Positions 56,691-64,000 of a DNA stretch of 64,000 nucleotides are shown in pieces. The stretch lies in the NCBI GenBank assembly GCA_947480335.1, contig CANKCB010000005.1:8018-72017 (forward strand), given 5' to 3'. The stretch's first letter is position 1. Every line of letters begins with the position of its first letter. The notes beneath the pieces were generated by a model that was not told where the DNA came from, made no database searches, and saw only the letters and a program-made list of their open reading frames with translations. Both the position numbers and the translations under genes were made by a program. This stretch comes from Gammaproteobacteria bacterium (GTDB taxonomy: Bacteria; Pseudomonadota; Gammaproteobacteria; Eutrophobiales; Eutrophobiaceae).

Positions 56691-58187
56691 ATGACTGACG
56701 AACATCACAGTACCGAAGACGAACTGATAGCCCAGCGCCGTGATCATCTACAACGATTACGTGATGGTGGTATCGCCTATCCGAATGATTTTAGCCCCGA
56801 CAGTCTGGCGGCCGAGTTGCATCACCAGTTTGATAACAGTGATAAGGATGAACTGCTCGCCAAACAGCTTCGGGTCAAACTGGCCGGACGTATGATGAGC
56901 CGCCGGATCATGGGCAAGGCCTCATTTGCGGACTTGCAGGACCGGTCCGGCAGGATTCAGCTGTTTGTCAAAAAGGACGAATTATCTGAACAGGGTTATG
57001 ACACATTTAAAGAATTCGATCTCGGCGACATCATCGCAGCGGAAGGGTATTTGTTTATCACCAAAACCGGCGAGTTGTCTATCCATGTAGAGTCACTGCG
57101 CTTATTGACCAAGTCATTGCGGCCCTTGCCGGAAAAATTCCATGGCTTGACCGATCAGGAAACCCGCTATCGCCAGCGTTATCTGGATCTGCTGACCAAT
57201 GAAGATACTCGCCGCGTATTTATGATACGTACCCGGGTGATTAATTTTATCCGTGCGTTCCTGAATCAGCACGGGTTTACCGAAGTGGAAACGCCGATGA
57301 TGCATCCGGTACCCGGCGGCGCCACGGCCAGACCTTTCAAGACACATCATAATGCACTCGACATGGAACTGTTCCTGCGCATCGCACCCGAGCTGTATCT
57401 GAAACGCTTGCTGGTCGGTGGTATGGATCGGGTGTTCGAGATCAACCGCAGTTTCCGCAATGAAGGTTTGTCGACTCGCCACAATCCGGAATTCACCATG
57501 CTGGAATTCTATCAGGCGTATGCGAACTATCATCATTTGATGGATCTTACCGAAACCATGTTGCGATCACTGGTGATGGAATTGTTTAACAGCACCACGC
57601 TCAGTTCACAAGGAGAAACCTATGAACTGTCCCGGCCGTTCCGGCGTATGACGGTGGTCGAATCCATCCTGCAGTTCAATCCGGGCGTCACTGAAGCAGA
57701 ATTGCGCGAATTAAACTCTGCCCGTGCACTGGCGGAAAAGCTGAAGATCCATGTCGAGCCGAAATACGGCTTAGGCAAGGTGCAAATCGAGATATTTGAA
57801 AAAACGGTTGAATCTAGATTGATCCAGCCGACGTTCATCACGGCCTATCCAACCGAAGTTTCCCCGTTGGCACGCTGTAATGATGTTGATCCATCCGTGA
57901 CAGACCGGTTTGAATTTTTCATTGGTGGGCGGGAAATCGCCAACGGCTTTTCCGAGCTTAACGATCCGGACGATCAGGCTGCACGCTTTCACAAACAGGC
58001 CGATGAAAAGGCGGCCGGTGATCAGGAAGCGATGCATTATGATGCGGACTATATCACCGCACTCGAGTACGGCATGCCACCCGCGGCGGGCGAGGGTATT
58101 GGTATCGACAGGCTGGTAATGCTGCTGACCGATTCACCGACAATACGCGATGTGATCCTGTTCCCGCATATGCGGTTAAAGGAATAA
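56691..58187 (+). CDS. lysS: Lysine--tRNA ligase
   Basis: 498 aa class II aaRS with OB anticodon-binding domain; conserved prfB-lysS linkage. Confidence 0.95.
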   Translation: MTDEHHSTEDELIAQRRDHLQRLRDGGIAYPNDFSPDSLAAELHHQFDNSDKDELLAKQLRVKLAGRMMSRRIMGKASFADLQDRSGRIQLFVKKDELSEQGYDTFKEFDLGDIIAAEGYLFITKTGELSIHVESLRLLTKSLRPLPEKFHGLTDQETRYRQRYLDLLTNEDTRRVFMIRTRVINFIRAFLNQHGFTEVETPMMHPVPGGATARPFKTHHNALDMELFLRIAPELYLKRLLVGGMDRVFEINRSFRNEGLSTRHNPEFTMLEFYQAYANYHHLMDLTETMLRSLVMELFNSTTLSSQGETYELSRPFRRMTVVESILQFNPGVTEAELRELNSARALAEKLKIHVEPKYGLGKVQIEIFEKTVESRLIQPTFITAYPTEVSPLARCNDVDPSVTDRFEFFIGGREIANGFSELNDPDDQAARFHKQADEKAAGDQEAMHYDADYITALEYGMPPAAGEGIGIDRLVMLLTDSPTIRDVILFPHMRLKE

Positions 58188-58245
58188 CAACGGGAATTGC
58201 GTTAGTCCCTCGGGACTTGCGTAACTAGCCTTCGGCCCTCTTAAA

Positions 58246-58270
58246 TTTTGTAAATGCCCTAAGTTTACAA
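58246..58270 (+). promoter_or_regulatory. Perfect palindrome TTTGTAAA-N9-TTTACAAA (GacA/UvrY-box-like upstream activating sequence candidate)
   Basis: Half-sites TGTAAA/TTTACA resemble the TGTAAG-N6-CTTACA GacA box but with a 9 bp spacer; ~30 bp upstream of the GTGCACTTG motif. Confidence 0.35.
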
Positions 58271-58295
58271 AACCACTGCAACATTTTAACAGGGT

Positions 58296-58580
58296 GGTGC
58301 ACTTGTTTTGTGAACTTAGGTTATCCACGAATAAACAAAATCCCGCCGTATGAGTCTCTGCTCACGCAGCCCAGGAATGACGGAATAATCATCGTGGCAC
58401 TTATGCCCCAGCCGTCATTTTTGCGAACGCGACCCACAGGATGTGGGAAATGTCGCGAGAGGACATCGATGTCCGGAGCGACCAGAATCCAGCAATAAAA
58501 AAAAATTCAGCCGCACAAGGCTTTGCTAACGCGGCCCGGAATGTCAAATGCCGGAGAACTACCTTATTCGCAGACAAAAA
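58296..58580 (+). ncRNA. Candidate Csr/Rsm-family (CsrB/RsmY/RsmZ-like) GGA-rich sRNA; boundaries approximate
   Basis: About 11 GGA motifs in ~285 nt on the plus strand, including CCCACA-GGA-UGUGGG (58433-58447), which matches the CsrA SELEX ligand ACARGGAUGU in a hairpin loop. Non-coding (stops in all frames). Ends near a strong hairpin (58588-58615). Confidence 0.3.
58414..58490 (+). repeat. Dispersed ~75 bp repeat element R (copy 1) carrying the ACAGGAUGU hairpin and a GGACATCGATGTCC palindrome
   Basis: Near-identical to 61134-61210. Partial copies at 59654-59680, 60568-60590 and (inverted) 61362-61403. Confidence 0.85.
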
Positions 58581-58584
58581 AACA

Positions 58585-58615
58585 GGTGGCGCCCGTCAAG
58601 GCACCACCTGTCAGT
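58585..58615 (-). terminator. Rho-independent terminator of the OmpA-family gene
   Basis: On the minus strand, CAGGTGGTGCC-TTGACG-GGCGCCACCTG hairpin followed by TTTTTTT. Confidence 0.75.
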
Positions 58616-58627
58616 ACTATAGGACGA

Positions 58628-59494
58628 TTAGTTCTGTATTCTGAAATCTACTCGTCTGTTTTGCGCACGGCCTGCATCGGTATCGTTGCTGGCCACAGGT
58701 GAACCTTCACCCATACCCGATGCTGAAAGGCGATTGGCAGCAATTCCATGATTGACAAGGAAGTTCACCACCGTTTCCGCACGACGTTGTGACAAAGCCA
58801 TGTTGTAAGCGTCAGAGCCACGGCTGTCAGTATGGCCTTCAATCTTGACGATGATTCCGGCATTATCCTTCAGCATCTTCACGGCCTCATTCAGCTTGCC
58901 TGTCGCAGTTGAGGTCAAGTCAGACTTGTCATAGGCAAAATTCACCCCTTCCAGGCTGAAGATTACATGACAACCGCGTTCGTTAACGGCCTGTCCCATC
59001 GGTGTATTCGGGCAATCATCGCTGCCATCAATCACACCATCCCCGTCAGTGTCCAGCGGGCAACCCGTGCTATTCACGGCTACACCACGCGGCGTATTCG
59101 GGCAACGGTCATTGTTGTCGGTTACGCCATCGCCATCACTGTCGAGCGGACAACCGGAAGCATTCACTGGCGTACCACGCGGAGTATTCGGACAGTTGTC
59201 CATATCATCCATCACACCATCGCCATCGCTGTCCATCATCTTCTTTTGTGCAACCGGTGTTGTCTTTTCATCCTGACACAAGTAGTAGCCAACGAGCCCA
59301 CCGAGTATGGCACCACCACCTATCGCTGCCTTGTTATTCGAAGCCAGAGCACCGGCACCGGCACCCGTTGCCGACATAGCCAAAAAGCATATCCCTTCTT
59401 TGGTAATTGAGCTGTCGCTACCGCCCGTGGTCGCACACCCTGACATAAAACTTGTGATACAAATCAATGCTATTAAAGTGAATTTACTCTTCAT
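58628..59494 (-). CDS. OmpA-family lipoprotein with thrombospondin type-3 (Ca-binding) repeats
   Basis: Lipobox FMSGCATTG and a Gly-zipper segment; three DxDxDGxxDxxDxCPNTP repeats; C-terminal OmpA domain (TDSRGSDAYNMALSQRRAETV). Confidence 0.85.
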   Translation of the reverse strand: MKSKFTLIALICITSFMSGCATTGGSDSSITKEGICFLAMSATGAGAGALASNNKAAIGGGAILGGLVGYYLCQDEKTTPVAQKKMMDSDGDGVMDDMDNCPNTPRGTPVNASGCPLDSDGDGVTDNNDRCPNTPRGVAVNSTGCPLDTDGDGVIDGSDDCPNTPMGQAVNERGCHVIFSLEGVNFAYDKSDLTSTATGKLNEAVKMLKDNAGIIVKIEGHTDSRGSDAYNMALSQRRAETVVNFLVNHGIAANRLSASGMGEGSPVASNDTDAGRAQNRRVDFRIQN

Positions 59495-59816
59495 AAGTTG
59501 TCTCCTGATTTTGACGGTTAGTCCAAATCTAGACTCAACCCATATACCTGGCTGTAACCTAAACCTGAATCCGAGACCTTATTAACATTGTTCGAGTAGG
59601 TTCGTATGTGCGTTGACATACAGAAGGCGAATTTGGCAAAAAACCACATCGTGTTTTCTCCTTCTGTCATTCTGGCGAATGCGACCAGCCTCCATTTCCC
59701 AGTCGTCATCCCGGGGCCGCGCATGCGGAACCCGGGATCAAGTAAAATAACACCGCCGCATGGCAGTTATGAGTGTCGTCATACGAATTCCTATGCACTG
59801 TATCCGAACTACGACC

Positions 59817-60158
59817 TTATTCTTCGTTATGTAACTTGTTAACTTCACTTAACAGAACTGGTAATTTACTTTGTAATAAATCCCAAACCAGATAATCGTC
59901 AATCTCGGCATAACCATGGATTAAAATATTCCGGAAATTAACAAGCTTGCGATAATCGGAAATATGGATGACAACTGCAGGATCAAGCTTTGCTAATTTA
60001 CTGATAGCTTCTCCAATAATTTCAAACTGTCGTTCTATGGCAGACCTGAGCAGTGGATCGTTGAGATAGTCATTTTGAGTCTTGCCGCCTGAGAAGCGGT
60101 CAAGGTAGGTGGCTGCACGCTTTATATCGAACAGATATTTCCGGACTTCAAGCTGCAT
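59817..60158 (-). CDS. hepT: HepT-like (DUF86) toxin of a type VII HepT/MntA toxin-antitoxin pair
   Basis: RxxxHxY-type motif context (FRNILIHGYAEID) at the C-terminus; overlaps the upstream nucleotidyltransferase gene. Confidence 0.75.
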   Translation of the reverse strand: MQLEVRKYLFDIKRAATYLDRFSGGKTQNDYLNDPLLRSAIERQFEIIGEAISKLAKLDPAVVIHISDYRKLVNFRNILIHGYAEIDDYLVWDLLQSKLPVLLSEVNKLHNEE

Positions 60159-60456
60159 AGAGCAATTCTCGCGACTGCTCAAGTTTTTCCAGGAAATAGG
60201 GGTTTTTTAGTGCCCGTGTGACGACGAGGTCAACCTTCCGATTGAGCAAAGACTCGAGGTCTTCATACAAACCAAAATAATGGTCTGTGTATTCACCCTG
60301 TTTCAGTTGCTCAAAATCCACGAGAAAGTCGATATCACTGTTGACATTATCGAATTTTCCACTCGCAGCAGAACCAAACAATTCCAGCCTGCTGACATGA
60401 TGCTTGCGGCAGAGGGCAACGATTTGCGGACGGAAATTATCAAGTATCTGGATCAT
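60148..60456 (-). CDS. mntA: MntA-like nucleotidyltransferase antitoxin
   Basis: GSAASGKFDNVNSDIDFLVDF is the minimal nucleotidyltransferase motif (GSxxRG...DxD); 102 aa. Confidence 0.75.
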   Translation of the reverse strand: MIQILDNFRPQIVALCRKHHVSRLELFGSAASGKFDNVNSDIDFLVDFEQLKQGEYTDHYFGLYEDLESLLNRKVDLVVTRALKNPYFLEKLEQSRELLYAA

Positions 60457-60769
60457 GATTCGAATTTTAGCTTGTATACAGCAATAATCACAAATTTATT
60501 CCCCGTGCTTTGCAGGAAGGCTTTTTCCGAGTAGAAAATGCCTGCCCTGCGGGCAGTGCATAATTAGCACCGTCATACTGGCGAACGGCAGTATCCAGTA
60601 GTGCAAGCGCCAGAGTCTCCCGCCCATAAATGTCTGCCTTCCAGGCAGTGACCGAAAATGTCTTATACAATCTGTCGTAACAACCACTTGACATAAGTAA
60701 CCTATAAGTTACCATAACGCATGATTACACGGACTGTGATTGAATATATAGACGAGAGAGCTGATTAAC

Positions 60770-61099
60770 TTGGCATTAACCAGACATTTTAAAGATACGG
60801 TTACTGCACGTGTGCAAAACGACCCGGCATTTCGCCGTGCCTTGCTGGTTGAAGCAATAGAAACATTTCTAAATGGCGATATCGATACAGGCAAAGCGGT
60901 ACTGCGCGACTATATCAATGCGACTATCGGTTTTGAGAACCTGGCAAAAAAACTGGGTAAAGACAGTAAAAGCATCCACCGAATGCTGGGACCACAAGGC
61001 AACCCACGCGCAGACAATATCTTTACCATATTCAAAATCCTCCAGGACGGAGACCATTTATCGCTACAGGTCAGGGTAGATAGAAGAAGAGCCGCCTGA
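60770..61099 (+). CDS. Addiction-module antidote protein (HTH, HigA-family), orphan; TTG start
   Basis: 109 aa; the C-terminal ...SKSIHRMLGPQGNPRADNIFTIFKIL... resembles the probable addiction module antidote family. A GTAACctataaGTTAC palindrome and TTGACA lie upstream. No cognate RelE/ParE-like killer gene is adjacent. Confidence 0.6.
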   Translation: MALTRHFKDTVTARVQNDPAFRRALLVEAIETFLNGDIDTGKAVLRDYINATIGFENLAKKLGKDSKSIHRMLGPQGNPRADNIFTIFKILQDGDHLSLQVRVDRRRAA

Positions 61100-61133
61100 T
61101 AATGCCTGCCCTCCGGGCAGTGCATCAAATGTG

Positions 61134-61210
61134 TCGTCATACTGGCGAACGCGACCCACAGGATGTGGGAAATGTCGCGAGAGGACATGGATGTCCGGAG
61201 CGACCAGTAT
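61134..61210 (+). repeat. Dispersed ~75 bp repeat element R (copy 2)
   Basis: GTCATACTGGCGAACGCGACCCACAGGATGTGGGAAATGTCGCGAGAGGACATGGATGTCCGGAGCGACCAG; differs from copy 1 at a few positions. Confidence 0.85.
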
Positions 61211-61283
61211 CTAATCAAATAACCGCCGAATGGCGGTAGAAAAACAACTTAACAGTAGGGTGTTGCACTTGTTTCGTGAACTT

Positions 61284-61481
61284 AAGGAAGGATTGTTCAC
61301 TGGCCGCTCGTCCTTTGACTCCAATAGTCACCCTTGGTCTCCGTTCCGGACTCGACTCTACGACATTTTCCACGTCCTGTGGGTCGCATTCGCCAGTATG
61401 ACGAAGGAAGGATTGTTCACTGGCCGCTCGTCCTTTGACTCCAATAGTCATCCTTGGTCTCCGTTCCGGACTCGACTCTAC
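61284..61481 (+). repeat. 120 bp-period tandem duplication: two 78 bp units (1 mismatch) separated by a 42 bp inverted fragment of element R
   Basis: Units at 61284-61361 and 61404-61481 (AAGGAAGGATTGTTCACTGGCCGCTCGTCCTTTGACTCCAATAGTCA[C/T]CCTTGGTCTCCGTTCCGGACTCGACTCTAC). The minus-strand RNA of each unit has 5 GGA motifs. Confidence 0.85.
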
Positions 61482-61632
61482 CGATTCCATCCATGGAATC
61501 GTACCGCTTAAATCAATGTAAACGCCTCACACATCCAAGTGCTTCGCGGCATTATTTATTCCGAAATGTGTATACTAAAGAAAAGGTATTATCTAATCTC
61601 ACTAATCTATTGATTGCACGTTGGCTTGAATA

Positions 61633-62907
61633 TTGAAAGTAGCAAATACCCCTGATAAAAAATACGATGTCGTTGTGTTAGGTGCAGGTGCGGCCGGCCT
61701 TATGTGCGCACTGACCGCCGCTGGGAGGGGCAGGCGGGTGTTGGTGCTCGAAAAATCGAACAAAGTGGGAAAGAAAATCCTCATGTCCGGTGGGGGGCGC
61801 TGTAACTTTACCAATCGAATCGTTGAGCCTGAAAACTTTATCTCTGAAAACCCGCATTTTTGTATTGCCGCGTTAAATCGTTACACGCCGTCTGATTTTA
61901 TCGTTATGGTTGAACGTTACGGGATTCACTATGAAGAACGTAAGCATCATCAGTTATTTTGTCAGGACACGGCCAAAGATATAGTAAATATGTTGTTACA
62001 GGAGTGTGAGGCAGGTGGCGTCGAGATATTTGACCATTGCGATGTAAAGGCAATCGCTACGTTGGAACTCGACCCCGAGGAAGTCGACGCTATCGCCCAA
62101 GATTCAATCCCCCGCTACTCACTAAGTGGAGAATGTGGTGTTGATAAGGATGAAGTAATGTTCAACGTAAGCTGCCATTCTCTGGTCATCGCCACCGGCG
62201 CATTATCAATTCCTAAACTGGGTGGTAGTGGTTTTGGTTATGAGGTGGCAAAACAATTTTCTTTGCCATTGACTGAGCGCCGGGCTGGATTGGTGCCGTT
62301 TATGTTTAGTGATTTTATGAAACCAATCTGCGAACGATTATCAGGCATCGCCATTGAGGTGGATGTGCACTGCAATGGACATCTATTTACGGAAAACATT
62401 CTGTTTACGCATCGTGGGATGAGTGGCCCTGTTATTTTACAGATCTCAAATTACTGGCGACCAGGTGATGAGATAACCATTGATCTCTTGCCTAATGTGG
62501 ATGCCAGTAAACTGTTACTGGATTTTAAATACCAACACGGAAGTAGTTTATTAAGAACGCTACTCGCTAAACAATTACCCAGGGCACTGGCGGTGGAATT
62601 ACAGGGTCTATGGTGGCAAGACTATGCCGAATGTCCATTAACGGAATTTAGTGATAAACAATTAATCGAAATAGGCAAGAAAGTGAATCACTGGGCAGTC
62701 AAGCCCTCGGCAACAGAAGGTTATCGAACCGCTGAGGTGACCCTTGGGGGAATTGATACCAATGGCATCAGCTCTAAAACGATGGAATCAAAAAAACAGC
62801 CGGGGTTATATTTTGTCGGTGAAGTGCTGGACGTTAGCGGTCATCTGGGTGGCTTTAATTTTCAATGGGCATGGGCCTCCGGCTACAGTGCAGGCCTGGT
62901 TGTTTAA
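61633..62907 (+). CDS. HI0933/YhiN (BaiN-like) family FAD-dependent flavoprotein; TTG start
   Basis: YDVVVLGAGAAGLMCALTAAGRGRRVLVLEK...GGGRCNFTN; 424 aa; C-terminal GEVLDVSGHLGGFNFQWAWASG typical of the family. Confidence 0.8.
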   Translation: MKVANTPDKKYDVVVLGAGAAGLMCALTAAGRGRRVLVLEKSNKVGKKILMSGGGRCNFTNRIVEPENFISENPHFCIAALNRYTPSDFIVMVERYGIHYEERKHHQLFCQDTAKDIVNMLLQECEAGGVEIFDHCDVKAIATLELDPEEVDAIAQDSIPRYSLSGECGVDKDEVMFNVSCHSLVIATGALSIPKLGGSGFGYEVAKQFSLPLTERRAGLVPFMFSDFMKPICERLSGIAIEVDVHCNGHLFTENILFTHRGMSGPVILQISNYWRPGDEITIDLLPNVDASKLLLDFKYQHGSSLLRTLLAKQLPRALAVELQGLWWQDYAECPLTEFSDKQLIEIGKKVNHWAVKPSATEGYRTAEVTLGGIDTNGISSKTMESKKQPGLYFVGEVLDVSGHLGGFNFQWAWASGYSAGLVV

Positions 62908-63358
62908 CAAAGGTTAAATAGGGTCATGTTAAAAGGGATCGGAGACAATGAAGAATAATTCCCGGGTGACTCCGACCAATTTTCCTATGGGAAGGTGTCA
63001 GAGCTTTTAATATTGAGTCTGATGAGGAATGGCTAAAGAATGGTTCTGATAATAAACAGGCAAGAATACCGGGCCTGGCTGATATCCTTGGTTTGAGTGT
63101 GAATAATATTTTACCCATCCGCTACCAGTTAATTCACCGGACGGCATCTGCGTTACTGGGGGCGGAAAGGTTTTGCATTATTACCGCCATTCGGCGGTAT
63201 TATCTGACTAGATTCCGGGCACCGCATACGCGGCCCCGGAATGATGAATTAGCGCCTTCGCGGGAATAACGGCGTGAGTAATGCCGCATCAACTAGAAGA
63301 ACAAAATCAAGACGAAAGGTTTAGAATACCCTCTCCAGAATAACCATAAGAGGCAACC

Positions 63359-64000
63359 ATGCTGACGCTCGGGCAAACCTACACCTTGCAGGTATTAAAA
63401 ATGACTGATCAGGGTGCCTATGTGGATGGGGAGGAGCTGGGCGAAATCCTGTTGCCAAACAAGTTTTGTCCCCCTGATCTTGCAGTAGGCAGTGAACTAT
63501 CTGTTTTCCTGTATCAGGATTCTGAAACCCGGCTTATTGTCACGACGCAAATACCCAAAGTGCAGGTTGGGGAATTCGCTTATCTTAAGGTTGTTGCGGA
63601 CTCAGATTACGGTTCTTTTATGGACTGGGGTCTGGACAAGGACTTGCTGGCACCTTTTGGCGAGCAACACGTGCCGATGGAGGTAGACCGCTCCTATCTG
63701 GTGTATGTCTATTTGAATAATGCGGATGGTAGAATCACCGCTTCATCCAAAATCGATAAGTTTCTGAATGATCAAGCGCCACACGACTTCACCCCAGGCC
63801 AACCGGTTGACCTGATCATCGCGAACAGCACGGATCTGGGGTTTAAGGCGATTATCAATCACAGCCATTGGGGATTACTGTACAAAGATGAGGTGTATGA
63901 ACGGCTGAGCTTTGGACAATCGAGGCGTGGTTATATTAAATTTGTGAGACCCGATGGCAAGATAGATCTGGCCCTCAGGATGGAACAAGAGACACGAGAC
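63359..64000 (+). CDS. CvfB/YitL-family S1-like RNA-binding protein (partial, continues past window end)
   Basis: ATG 63359 with RBS AAGAGG; MLTLGQTYTLQVLKMTDQGAYVDGEELGEILLPNK... tandem S1-like segments. No stop before the window end, hence absent from the ORF track. Confidence 0.6.
   Translation, partial: MLTLGQTYTLQVLKMTDQGAYVDGEELGEILLPNKFCPPDLAVGSELSVFLYQDSETRLIVTTQIPKVQVGEFAYLKVVADSDYGSFMDWGLDKDLLAPFGEQHVPMEVDRSYLVYVYLNNADGRITASSKIDKFLNDQAPHDFTPGQPVDLIIANSTDLGFKAIINHSHWGLLYKDEVYERLSFGQSRRGYIKFVRPDGKIDLALRMEQETRD

Noticed and set aside
61215-61511. ORFs 61215..61490 (-) and 61230..61511 (+) with internally repeated peptide sequences
   Set aside because: Both lie entirely within the 120 bp-period tandem duplication and give mirror-image repetitive translations on both strands. 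They are more likely non-coding.
62908-63358. Short ORFs (for example 62948-, MKNNSRVTPTNFPMGRCQSF, and 62924..63118 -) between the yhiN-family gene and the cvfB-like gene
   Set aside because: Too short, with no recognisable domain. The region is dominated by REP-like palindromes, so treated as non-coding.

Overview
This 64 kb window looks like a chromosomal segment of a gammaproteobacterium. Gene order is Pseudomonas-like (fdxA-mutS, hom-thrC-X-recJ-prfB-lysS), with rsxE-nth as in E. coli.

The conserved backbone contains: a PHA cluster (phaA, two phaB-type reductases, phaR); sucA-sucB-lpdA; mdh; rppH; mpl; nth; fdxA-mutS; htpG behind a sigma-32-like promoter; prmB-aroC; mgtE; ybdD-cstA; tldD; alaC; hom-thrC; recJ; prfB with its programmed +1 frameshift; and lysS.

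Between these sit several less ordinary features:
- An RsbU/RsbW/RsbV-type partner-switching module (GAF-PP2C phosphatase, HATPase anti-sigma kinase, STAS antagonist) with no sigma factor nearby. It sits convergent to a double-FHA protein plus PP2C phosphatase operon that has no Hanks kinase in view.
- An orphan T6SS hcp gene next to a GGDEF cyclase.
- A GAF-HD-GYP phosphodiesterase.
- A RidA domain fused to a histone-H1-like KKP tail.
- A cysteine-less, orphan RnfE/RsxE-like membrane protein upstream of nth.
- A HAD/GT4/acyl-CoA-ligase operon.
- A frameshifted acyltransferase-3 pseudogene.

The most unusual sequence-level signals are two:
- Tandem GTGAGGR heptamer arrays that begin right at the stop codons of four plus-strand genes (alaC, hom, thrC, prfB), with short inverted copies elsewhere.
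- A repeat-dense 3.4 kb island between lysS and a YhiN-family flavoprotein gene. It holds a HepT/MntA TA pair, an orphan antidote gene bracketed by direct repeats, a 120 bp-period tandem duplication, and at least five full or partial copies of a ~75 bp element that carries a perfect CCCACA-GGA-UGUGGG hairpin matching the CsrA/RsmA SELEX ligand. Downstream of a perfect TTTGTAAA-N9-TTTACAAA palindrome (GacA/UvrY-box-like), this island is a candidate Csr/Rsm-family sRNA locus.

I saw no transposase, integrase, CRISPR array, rRNA or obvious tRNA.
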